Below are positions 1 through 11,944 of a stretch of 64,000 nt of DNA, piece by piece. The stretch lies in the NCBI RefSeq assembly GCF_018350175.1, contig NC_058368.1, forward strand, positions 123,196,001-123,260,000, read 5' to 3'. The notes under the pieces are model-generated. The model saw only the letters and a program-made list of their open reading frames with translations, ran no database searches and was not told where the DNA came from. The translations under genes were made by a program, and so were the position numbers. Position 1 is the stretch's first letter, and each line of letters opens with the position of its first letter. The stretch is from Felis catus (lineage: Eukaryota).

Positions 1-1142
1 TTTATTCTTTGTATTGTGTGACATACTAGGTCACAGGTCTATACATTGTAAGTTTTCCGCATTTACGTTTAAAATATTTTTGTTATGACAATAACATCAA
101 CAATTTATGTTGCCCTCTGATAACTGAAAAAATACCTAGTGTTATTATTTGCTTTTAGATAGAAATTAAATGCAAGTTAACTTGAGGTCTTCTTTAGTTA
201 ACTCATGTCACAATAGGGTTGCCAAATAAGGTTTCTCAAGTGTTCACTTGATCCCCAGCATAAATCTGTAATATGGACAGGGTGTGAATTTCCATTTGTC
301 AGGCAAGGAGGAAAGCGAGGTTCAAAGAGGTGAAGTGAGTGGGTGGCAGGTCTGAGGTTCAAACGCTGGTCTCCAGGTATCACCTCAAGCTGTTGCTCTC
401 TCCCTGCACAGCTGTGTCCCTAAGTACATGTCATATCACTAGAGCTGAGATTTGGGCATTTGTTCCGTCATCCAAATAAGGTTGTTTAGTCTTATTGGCC
501 TGACTGTCTGTGGGGAAAATGTTTAAAATAACAACAAAACAACAACAGTCAATGGTTACGAAATGCCATGCACTATTCTAAGTGCTGGGCATGTATTCAT
601 ACATTGAAACCTCTTTATAATCCTAAGAAGTTAGTAATATTGTACACGTTTTGCAAGTAAGAACACTACAGCCCAGAGGGGTTAAGTAACTCCCAAATCA
701 CAAATCCAGTATGTGGGAGAGTTAGAATTATGAACCCAGCAATCTGGCTTCTGATCACTATCCTCATCTGTAATAATAAAAACTTTGTTACAACCTATAG
801 TTACAGAGAGTTTTCATATCCATTATCTACTGGGCCTCATTACTACTCTGTAGAGAAGACAGGCAGGATTTGACAGACAAACAGGAAACTAAATTTCACA
901 GAGGTGCCTCACTTGCCCTACTGAAATCACATAGAAATTCTTTCTCCTGAAATCTAATTGTATCTCTGTTCTTGGACCATGTTTTATTATCCATGACTTT
1001 TTTAGTGTACTATAGTCTCCTAAACCTGTTTTGTTCTTCAGTGTAGTTATATTGCTGTGGGTTTAAAATATTAACTCATTTATGTACCTAAGGAATATTT
1101 TATCTCTTGTATTTTGATATTCCTTGATAATGTCTCTTGCAG

Positions 1143-1270
1143 TTGAATTGCGATGATTTCAGAAAAGGAGAAAGAAATGGGGGTTTTATCTGTACTCTGG
1201 ATTATGCAGCTGTTTGTGGCACTGATGGGAAAACATACAGTAACAAATGTATGCTGTGTGCTGAGAATGC
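1143..1270 (+). CDS. SPINK5: SPINK5 exon 5, domain D2: [43 protein letters not shown]
   Basis: 128 nt, tgcag|..|gtgagt; classical Kazal VCGTDGKTY motif. Confidence 0.96.
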
Positions 1271-4200
1271 GTGAGTATCTGCAGCAGACTTTCTCCCTAA
1301 TGCACGCTCTCCGAATAATTACAGGACACATTTTTTTCTTATAGTCTTTAAAATATCAGTTCATTTTGTGGGAGTCAGCCATACATAAATTATTAGGACC
1401 ACTCCTTTTACTATTTTTTTTTAATTTTTTAATTTTTTTAATGTTTATTAATTTTTGAGAGACAGAGAGAGGCAGAGTATGAGTGGGGTGGGGGCAGAGA
1501 GAGACACACACACAGAATCCAAAACAGGCTCCAGGCTCCGAGCTGTCAGCACAGAGCCCGACGTGGGGCTCGAACCCACAAACTGTGAGATCATGACCTG
1601 AGCCGTAGTTGGACACTTAACTGACTGAGCCACCCAAGTGCCCCTCCTTTTACTATATTCTTAGGGAAAAAATATGTTGTGTCACACTTTATATTTTACA
1701 AAGCACTTTTGTGTGTAATTTATCAAATAGTTATCAGTGTCTCTGTGAAGTAGACATCTGATATATCTAGGTACATGCACAGATAAGTACACATGTATGT
1801 ATATGCACATACATACACATACATATACATACAGACACCTATCTATTTCTATGTGTCTAGGAGTGTATCTTTTCTCACAGAGAATTATTTAATCATCAAA
1901 GTATTTTTTTATTAAATGCTCTGTAATTTATAATATTAGAGTAGATTAATTCGAACTTTTAATATTGAACTTCTTTCCATTTATTTGACCTTTGTCACAT
2001 AGCTAAAGCATCTCACTGTCCAATATTTTGTCCCTCTTTGATTCTTTCTCCACCCTCAGTGCTAGTTTGGTTATCAGTTGTCTTCAATCAACAAGATGGC
2101 ATACCTGCTTTTCAGGTTCTGGTTTGTGCCCTCAGTCTTGAATTGTCTACTCTTGTTTTTGCAAAAGTGTTAAGAACCAGTGCTTGAGGCTAGTAAAGGA
2201 TATAATAAATATTCGGTCTTCAAGCTTCTGCAAGCTTTATCTTTCCTTGTAATTAGTATCTTTACCAAAACACAACTGAATTAAATCACTCTGGTGCCTC
2301 ACATTACTCCATTTTCAGAGATGCACTCTGAAATTATGCCTTCAACTCTCACCAGTGGCCAACATAAATGAAAACACAAATAAACATTAGGGAGAACAGA
2401 CAGGCTTTGTTAGATATGCATTTTGTAATACTATTATGAGCACACTGAACAGTTAATGACTACTGTGCTTTATGTGGGGATCCTGTGATAGATTCTTTAA
2501 CTCTCTGTTTTAGGTGTAAATTTCTCTCTCCTGATTCCTGGTATTCTTCTTTTATAATACAGTGATAGCCATACTACTCATTGTTTTTCTGTCTTAGCTC
2601 TGTCTGCTAGAAGACTCTGCAATAACATTAGGATTCGATTTTTTTTTCCCCTCAGATGATATCTTTTGATATAACTTTTTTCTTATCGCTTTTAATGACT
2701 TCATTTTTCTCCTTATATTGGTCTTTTATTGTTACAGAAATGCGGTGGTTTTTATCTTTTTATAAAGTAGAAAGTGTTTTTTACATTTATGGTTCTGTTT
2801 TCAGATATGGTTTAAAGGTCTATTAGACCGAATAAAATTCTTAGGACTTTAGGTACTTTCCATGATAACTAAAATATTAGCATCAACCAAACAAAGAATA
2901 GTATACTAGCAAGTTACATCCAATAAACTTGAATTTGTATATTTAAAAAAAACCATCAATGACAGCAGCATAGTTTTTTGGGGGCATATCTAGTTACAAG
3001 GTGTAGTTTTTCCCTCTCTCCTGTTATGGATCCCCTCTAGACACAGGAAGGAAAATTCTGGAAATCATATTTTCAGGTCTGAATCTTATTAGCCCTCCAA
3101 CGTGATTCTATTTCTTTGACTCCAAGGTATAAACACAGGCTCTCATTATAAAGAGTAAGTCAGGAAAAGAATGCAGTGTGACATCTGTTTTCAAGGGTAA
3201 AAGAGAATCGTAATACAATGAAAATAAGTTATTTTTTGAATGGTAAGATGTTCTGTGATGCTAAACTTCTGTGTCTACTAACTTTCTATTCCAGCAAAAC
3301 CAGGTCCCAAGTTGGCATAAAAAGTGAAGGGGAATGTGAGACCAGTAATCCAGAGCAGGTGAGGACAAGTGTCAAAATGATGGAAACCCTTGGGAGGCTG
3401 ACCAGAGGGAGAAAAGATGCTCTCCTCTTCCTTCTTGGGTGGGGTGTGAGGAAGGAGGCAACTTCTGCTCATTTAAACACGGCTCATTTAGATGAAAAGC
3501 AATTGATAGTTCCTGAAACTGGAACCGCTTATTTTGGTAGTGAGACCTTTCAGCTCTCTTTCTGCTTTCTATGGAAAAGAGAAATCAATCAATCAGTCAA
3601 TCAATCAGCCAATCAAAACAAAACTACATTTGTAGTTGAAAGGGCATTATGCATCAGGCTCTTAACCTGAATTGAAACCCTAGCACTGTCACTTGCTGTC
3701 GGGAGATCTTGGGCAAATTACTTACCCACACTGTACCAGTGTTACCATATCTAAAAGTGAGATTTGTATTAAATGGCTTTTCTCTAGGCTAAAATTCTAT
3801 GCACTTGTGATGATAGGAGAAAGAAAGAAGTATCTCAGACATGTCATGTTTGACTTTTTCTAGCTGAATGTTTTGCCCAAGTCAAGGTTTGGTGCCCTTT
3901 CTATGCTCGTAGAGCACCTACCAAGACATTTAGCACATCATGTAAAATTTTCAAGTTTATTTATTTATTTTGAGAGAGAGAAAGCACGAGTAGGGGAGGG
4001 GCAGAGAGAGGGAGAGAGAATCCCAAGCAGGCTCTGCATTGGCAGCCCAGAGCCCAATCAGGTGCTCAAACTCATGAATTGATGAGATATGACCTGAGCT
4101 GAAGTCAGACGCTTAACCAACCGAGCCATGCAGGTGCCCCACACATCATATTTTAAGTGTCTCTTTGTGTCCCCCAGTAGATCATGAGCAAGTTGAGTGC

Positions 4201-7200
4201 AAGGACCGTGTTCTACCTTGGTTCTAGCACATACTAGGGTATCTGTGTTTAATAGTAAATGAATAGGTAAATGGGCACCATACTAAACCACATGATTAAT
4301 GCAGTACTTACTAAGCCACTTGTAGGCCTCTGGCACTGCTCCAGGTGGCTCTGTGCATTGGGCAGAGAAGTGTAAGAATTATAAAAATTCTGAAAACAGT
4401 GTGGAAGGCATTACAATCAGTATGGTGAATGTCAAGTTCCTTTCCCTGTTCTTCAGGATGTATGTAGTGCTTTTCGGCCTTATGTGAAAGATGGAAGACT
4501 TGGATGCACAAGGGAAAATGATCCTGTCCTTGGACCTGATGGAAAAACACATGGCAATAAATGTGCGATGTGTGCTGAGATTTTGTAAGTATCGTCATCC
4601 CCAAGCAGGGCACGTAGGTGGACTTGGTGAGGATGCATTTGGTTGCTGTGTTGAGAACCACTCCACAGAGAGATACGGTCCTTTTCATGAAGCATATAAT
4701 TCTTTGTCTTCATAAGGTGAAATAGTCCTTGCTCTCTGAGTGGCTTTTCTTTTTGATTAGTCATCTGCTAGTGTTTCTTAAAAGAAGTGGATGAGATGAT
4801 TACGTTATTAAATTCAGTACTCTTAATTTGCTTAATTATAACAAGACAATGCACCATGTTTTATAAGGCACAATATTTTAAAATTTAGAAAGCAGTTTCA
4901 TATGGAATAATCTAGGTCAGTCATTTGACATGCATTGTTTCATTTGAATATGTATAGAGACTCTTACTGAAAGTAAGTCTAATTTAAGATGATAATAATA
5001 ACAATGTCATGTGGCTGAATTCATTATTAAAATAAAAGGTGGAACTTTATGAAAGGGAAGAATTGGGTTATCTTTTTCTGAGTGTCTGACATTGTTGTGA
5101 GTACTGAGGCTGGGATATGAAGACCATCCAGTGAGTCTTTTGAATATTCTGGCTGTTAAACAAGGTATGGACTCTCTATATGTCAGCAAGCTTTAAAATG
5201 TTCCATTTACCTCAATAGATTTAAGAGATTAATAAACTTCACACCTGCCTTTGAAAATTACAGTGTGCTCTTATAGAATTCAGGGGCACATCCTATCAGG
5301 TTTGCAAAATAGTGATTATAACCGGTTTCCAGACAGGAAATAAGCCTAATTTCCACTTTCTTATCTAGGAGGCAGGTAATTTTAGTGTTCCAGCCTGCCT
5401 CAGTTCTGTGAGTTTCTGTTTCTTTTCATGCACTAGCTAAAAAAGAGAATTTGACCTCTCTAACTCTTGGTTTTCTCCTCTGTAGAACTAATAATGCCCA
5501 TCTCCAGGGTGAGACTGCAAGTAGGTAATAGATATGAGAGGACTTAGAAGCTCAGTTCAATGTAGCTTTTTTTTTTTTAACAGAGGTGCTTTTACATGAA
5601 GGCAAACAAATACTTTACAAGGTATAGAAAAGGTTTACATAAGGGCGTGGATGGCAATACTTTAAATGCTTAGTTTGGTTTCACTGTAGTCACAGCATTG
5701 TATTAAAGCTCTTAGTTCTGCCTGTTAAAGTGGATTTTCCTAACAATCTTATGTTTGTCAATCAAGGAGCCACACCCATCTACTTTTACAGAACAAAGCT
5801 TCTAATTGACTGTCAGTGAGTCAGTTTCACACCCTTCCTTATCTTTGGCAATTTTCTGGCTCAATCAAGACAGGGAAAAGCTTGTCTCATGTAAATGGAT
5901 CGGTTTAACCAGTTACGGCCAAGGATGTGAAAGTACCTAGCACAGGGATGCTGAAAATATGATTGAGCCATAAACTGACCAACTGTTTTCTTTCTTAACA
6001 GCTTAAAAGAAGCTCAAGAAAATGCCAAGAAAGAAGGTGAAACCAGAATTCAACGAAGTGCTGAAGAGGTAAATTACTCACCAACATAATTTGGTTCTTG
6101 TGGCCAAAATATTAACAAACTTAGGTGTGACACTTTGAGGTAATTCAATAATGTCATTGTCCTTAATTTTTACAATAAATTGTTTCCCTTAATTTCAAAC
6201 TTTACCACATTCACTATTCCTAGTATATTAATCATTAGATTCAATTTTAAAATAGCATTTCCACACCTAAAGTTCAAGCAGTTTCCCTCCTTGCTTAAGA
6301 AAAAAAGAGAGAGGGGCGCCTGGGTGGCGCAGTCGGTTAAGCGTCCGACTTCAGCCAGGTCACGATCTCGCGGTCCATGAGTTCAAGCCCCGCGTCAGGC
6401 TCTGGGCTGATGGCTCGGAGCCTGGAGCCTGTTTCCGATTCTGTGTCTCCCTCTCTCTCTGCCCCTCCCCCGTTCATGCTCTGTCTCTCTCTGTCCCAAA
6501 ATAAATAAAAAACGTTGAAAAAAAATTTAAAAAAAAAGAAAAAAAGAGAGAAAGAATGTAAGTCAGAAAATATGCAAATTTGGGGAGACTGGTTGGCTCA
6601 GTCAGTTAAGCATCCGACTTCAGCTCAGGTCACGATCTCGAGGTCCGTGAGTTCGAGCCCCACGTCGGGCTCTGGGCTGATGGCTCAGAGCCTGGAGCCT
6701 GCTTCCGATTCTGTGTCTCCCTCTCTCTCTGTCCCTCCCCTGTTCATGCTCTGTCTCTCTCTGTCTCAAAAATAAATAAACGTTAAAAAAATAAAAAAAA
6801 TTTAAAAAAGAAAGAAAAAAAAAAGAAAACATGCAAATTAAGTTCTACTTAATTTCCCCCAGACTTCTCTCTGGTTTAGTGTAGATTAATTTTGCTTTGA
6901 ATAAATTTTTTTAATGCAACATAAATATAGACAGAATAACTTCTAAATAAGTCTAGAGTTTTTTATTTTTATTTTATTTATTTTTATTTTTTATTTTTTT
7001 TTTGCAATATATGAAGTTTATTGTCAAATTGGTTTCCATACAACACCCAGTTAGAGTTTTTTAAACAGTATATCACTGGTGTATTTTATATATGATCCCA
7101 CTGATACAAATTGGAGTTATTTTTCCGTTATGGTTATTACATTCAATGAGGCCTATGTTTATAAAAGTATTGCTTCTGTTTAAACAAAAAAAAACCCCAC

Positions 7201-10200
7201 ACAAATATTGAGATTGTAAGTTTTATTTTTATTTTATTTTTTTAAGTTTATTTATTTATTTTGAGAGAGAGTGTTAGCAGAGGAGGAACAGAGCAGGAAA
7301 GAGACAGAGAATCCCAAGCAGGCTCCATGCTTTCAGAACAGAGCCCAATGTGGGGCTCAGTCTCACAAACTGTGAGATCATGAGCTAAGCTGAAATCAAG
7401 AGTCAGATACTTAACTGACCCACCCAAGCACTCCGAGATTGTGGTTTTTAAAGTACCCTTTAAGTTTTTTCAAATTATTGTATGATTTTATTGTTTAACC
7501 TAGTATACAAAAATTATTCCTTTCGTAATTGAATAAGCATTGTAGATCATACAACTTGATTTCCTAAATCACCAGTTATTAAACCGTACTTTCAATGACA
7601 GTGATAGTAATTATGTTGCTAAATGACTAACTTTTTGTTAGGGTTTTTAAAGTACCCTTTAAGGGTTTTTAAAGTACCCTTTAAGTTTTTTCAAATTATT
7701 GTATGATTTTATTGTTGAACCTAGTATACAAAAATTATTCCTTTCGTAATTGAATAAGCATTGTAGATCGTACAACTTGATTTCCTAAATCACCAGTTAT
7801 TAAACCGTACTTTCAATGACAGTGACAGTAATTATGTTGCTAAATGACTAACTTTTTGTTGAGAAGTCAGAACACCTAAGTTTTAGCCATAGTTCTGTTA
7901 TGCTCTGGCTCTGTGAAACTGACCAAGTCATCTCTTCTCTCTGAACCTCAATGTCTTTGTTCCAAATTAAGGAGGTTGGATAAATGTCAATTTTTACTTT
8001 GTTGTTGGAATGTGATTACACACTCTGTACCTTTTCATGCTAATAAAAGTTTAGAGGCTGCTTTTAGACAATAGGCTTGAGCAATGAAATTTGATCAAGG
8101 CCGAAGGACCCACATTAACCCCTGGCTGAATACAGACAGGCCCCTGGGGCAACCCAGCTCAAAATATCCACAAGTCCTAACTAACAAATGGGCTACTTAC
8201 AGCGAGGCACTCTTACCAAAAAAGGAAAATTCCAAACATTCCCATACCTCCTCACTTTCCCTCTTTAAATACAGTCCCCACTGCCTCCTGGCAGATAGCC
8301 TCTCCTTTGCTCTCCTGTCCCCCACCCTTGTGATGTATTCAATAAACTTGTATCTCTTTTGTTCTGCCTTGGGTGAATTCTTTCACCCCACATTTGGGGT
8401 TCCCCATCAGATCGGGAGAGGCATCACAAGTATACTATTTTTGTGGATGAGGGGCAAATGTTTTCCTATGATGGTCATAGGTCCAGTTTTTGGTGGACCT
8501 GGGCTAAGCTTCCACCTCATAATACTATTCAGTGAAGCATATTTTCCACCCTAAATAGAATGTTGAGAGTTTAAATGAAGAAAAGTGGAGCATTCAGAGT
8601 TGTCAGTAATTTGTTGAATACTCACTAAGATTTGAAAAGCACTTCTTTTGGTGGTTAAATTTCAGTCAAAAATGTTGGGTCATCTTGTAATATCGAGCAT
8701 TTTATTACTTCAGAAACACAGATCTTTTCCATTGTCTTTTATCATGTCTTGGCTATTTTTCCCTCTTTTTCTCTGTAGCTGGGGTCATTGTTTTGGTGGG
8801 GTCACGGGACATGATTATATTGAATGGGGATGCTTTATAGTGATGGCTCAATAACTGCCCCATAATTAACCTGTCAGTGGTTTGCTCACAAAAGTATTTC
8901 TTCAGAATCTCCTTAGATGAATCACAACTTATAAACTGAAATTATCATTGTTTCTCTTATGGGAACCATTGAACAGTAATTTTGTTACTATGCTGTGATT
9001 ATCAGGTGATTGTCTTCTATGTCTTTATTCCTAGATTATTATAACCAGGAAGTTTGGAGCACACCCACTGCTCCTCCAAAAACAAGTATCTTCTTATTAG
9101 GAGTCAATTAGAGTCCTTTTTTAAAGTGTCCTCATGAAATAGGAGTTCTTTTTTAAAAATTGAGAATACTAGATCTAGAAAAAGTCCTAAAGAGCATCGA
9201 TTCCAAAAGCCTCATTGTGTAGGTAGGTGAGATTGAGGTCTCTAAGGTGATGGGGCTTTGCTGTGATCTCCCAGGGAGTTAAAGGCAATCTAGCTGCTCA
9301 GGTCTTCAGACTTCAAACCACATTCTTTATGCTCATGTTTTCTTGGCTGAAATGGGAAAATGAGGGTCACACAGTTGAAAAAAACCTTTGAAAAGCATTT
9401 CTTGTAGGTTATATAGTAATATACACCATCACAAAACATGTTTGTTGACATGAGAGATCCCTAAGTCTAGAGCAATTTAGGGGAGGTATAGATAGAAATA
9501 TAGACATAGATATAAAGTTTAGCCTTCATCTAATAGTAGGATTTCCAAACAGAGAGAAAAACCTGAAACCACTGAACTAAAGCATTGGGAAATCTGGGTA
9601 CAAACCTTTCTTGGAACATTTGGGGAAGTCACAACCTTTTAAGGTTTTTTAAATAAATATTAGTCTTGATGTTTTCCCTCTCTCTACAGTGGGAAGTGAG
9701 TGAAAATTAGATTCATTTTCTGTGCTTTCTATCTACTGTATTAGAAATAGATATCAATAAAGGAAGCAGAGCCCATAAAAATGAACATCAGTAAAGGAGG
9801 CCACAGATTCACAGAGAGAACAAATGAAAGAAAGTGTAATGTCATTGGATGCCACCTTATTTCCTTGCAAGCCATATTGGATTGTTCTTGATTCAGTCCA
9901 TATTAAATAGTGTTTAAGCATCACATCTCACAGATTCTCTGTTCTGCTTGTTGACAAATTTTTGCTTTTGTCTTGGCAGCTGCGTTTTGTTGTGTCTTTG
10001 TTGGGACTAGTTGAAAGATCTTTTTTTTTTTTTATAATCCTTTTTTCATAGACTTGGAAGTTAACAAGAGCTATCTCGTTTTACGAAATAAATGCTCAGC
10101 CTTATTCTTTATAATGCTCTTTACCTTTTAATAAACCAAATAGTAGATACAGGTACCAAGTAATGTCATGACATAATTACTATTTCTTACTAATCTTCAT

Positions 10201-11908
10201 TAATATGTTACATGTTTACCAACATCTTCTACACCTGACATTCTGTGACTATAAATCCATGGTATACATTTTCTGTGTTAAAGAATAGAAAAGTGCTAAG
10301 TGTAATTAGTTATCTTTTTGAAGGATTTTTGTAAGGAATTTGAAACCCAAGTGAAGAATGGAAGACTTTACTGTACACGGGAGAGTGACCCAGTTCGTGG
10401 CCCTGATGGCAGGATGCATGGCAACAAATGTGCCCTGTGTGCTGAAATGTTGTGAGTATAGATGCAGTTTCTTTGGAGTGAATGGCGCGTGAAGTGGAGA
10501 TTGATTGGCACAGTGAATAAGCACGATGTTGAGGTACAGCTTTGTTGTTTAGAATTTTTTGAGCAGTTTTCTGCCCTCTGCAAAACATGATATCACCTAG
10601 TAAATAGATCCTCATGATGTATGTCTGTTTCTGAGTACAGATGGATTCGATTTTCCAGTTAGAAGACTGGATTACAACATACTTCTTAATATTTCCTCCC
10701 ACCACTTTTGTAAGCCTTTTTATGAGCTACTCATAATACAGAATGAGGGTAAAAGCAGGTACCAAGACTTTGACTCTTTTCCTTCAGTAATTATCCCATT
10801 GTGATAGACAGATGTTGACACCCACAAAAACTTGAGGTTCACATGTGAATGAGATTAACTTTATCTTTTCATCTCGGGCATCTGACCTTGGGGAAGGGCA
10901 AATCCCACAACATAGAAATCATGGCATTTATGAAGATGTCTCAGACAAGGTCTTGTCACTCATTCATATCCTTGATCTTTCCAAGCTCTTTTTTTTTATG
11001 CTGTCCTCCAGCAAGTCTGTCTCAGTCTTGGCCAGCTAGTGCCTCCCCCTCTGTGGATTGCATTTCAAGATTATCCTTCTTTGGATAAGACTCCTGAAAT
11101 TCCTAATTGAAATCAATCCTTGTAACTCTTAATTTTATTTCCTAACAATCATCACAGCTGGTAATTGTGTAATTATTCCTATGACTATTTGTTGACTGTT
11201 AGTCTTTTCTACTGGGTTCTAAATTCCAAGAACACAGGGTATGTGTCTGTTTTGTATGTTGCTGTAGTATATGCCCGAGGGTTTGGCCTGTACTTGACAA
11301 AAAAATTGTTACTGGCCAAATGTTGAACGAACGTACAAGTGAAGGTCCCTGCTCTCAAGAAGCTTAAAGTTAAAGAGTACAAATAAGTGCCTTCGCAAAC
11401 ACACACATTTCAAGACAGAGTGAGAACTATCCTATAAGAGAATATTCAGGTATGAAAATACAGTGACAGATATACAACCCATTTCCACTTTGAGATCTGG
11501 GATGTCTTCTCAGTGAAGGTAGAATTTAAGCTAAGGGGATTTTAAAGAAAGGAAGATGACAAAAAAGATCACTGCAGTGGATACATGAAAGCAAAATGAA
11601 AGGGATTTGGGAGGTAAAGAGTGAAGATTTCAATCTAATTAGGAGCTTTAAGATGATTGGAAAATGTTTGTATTAGAACTCATGAACATGTGGCTGTTTT
11701 CCCACCTTCACCTAAATGACTATTTTGTAACATAAAGATTTGAAGCATCTGTATACATTTATTTTGTGTTGTTTTTCTCTAGGAAACGGCGTTTTTCAGA
11801 CGAAAAAAATAAAGCACATGAAAACCTAAGGAAGGCTAAAGAAAAAGTTAAAGTTAAAAGAGAAATTGAGGTGATGATTAGTTTGATCACCTTGTTTTGA
11901 CTTTTGTG

Positions 11909-11944
<36 letters not shown>

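Noticed and set aside
3218..3670. 150-aa ORF, and similar ORFs at 15633, 17753, 31345, 37693 and 44240
   Set aside because: Intronic read-through around real SPINK5 exons; only the exon portions are coding.
8084..8554. 156-aa ORF
   Set aside because: Lies over the solo LTR and has no recognisable protein features.
8779..8900. Acceptor followed by a tgcccc..cctgtcagtgg motif, considered as another Kazal relic
   Set aside because: Cys spacing and donor do not fit; indistinguishable from chance by eye.
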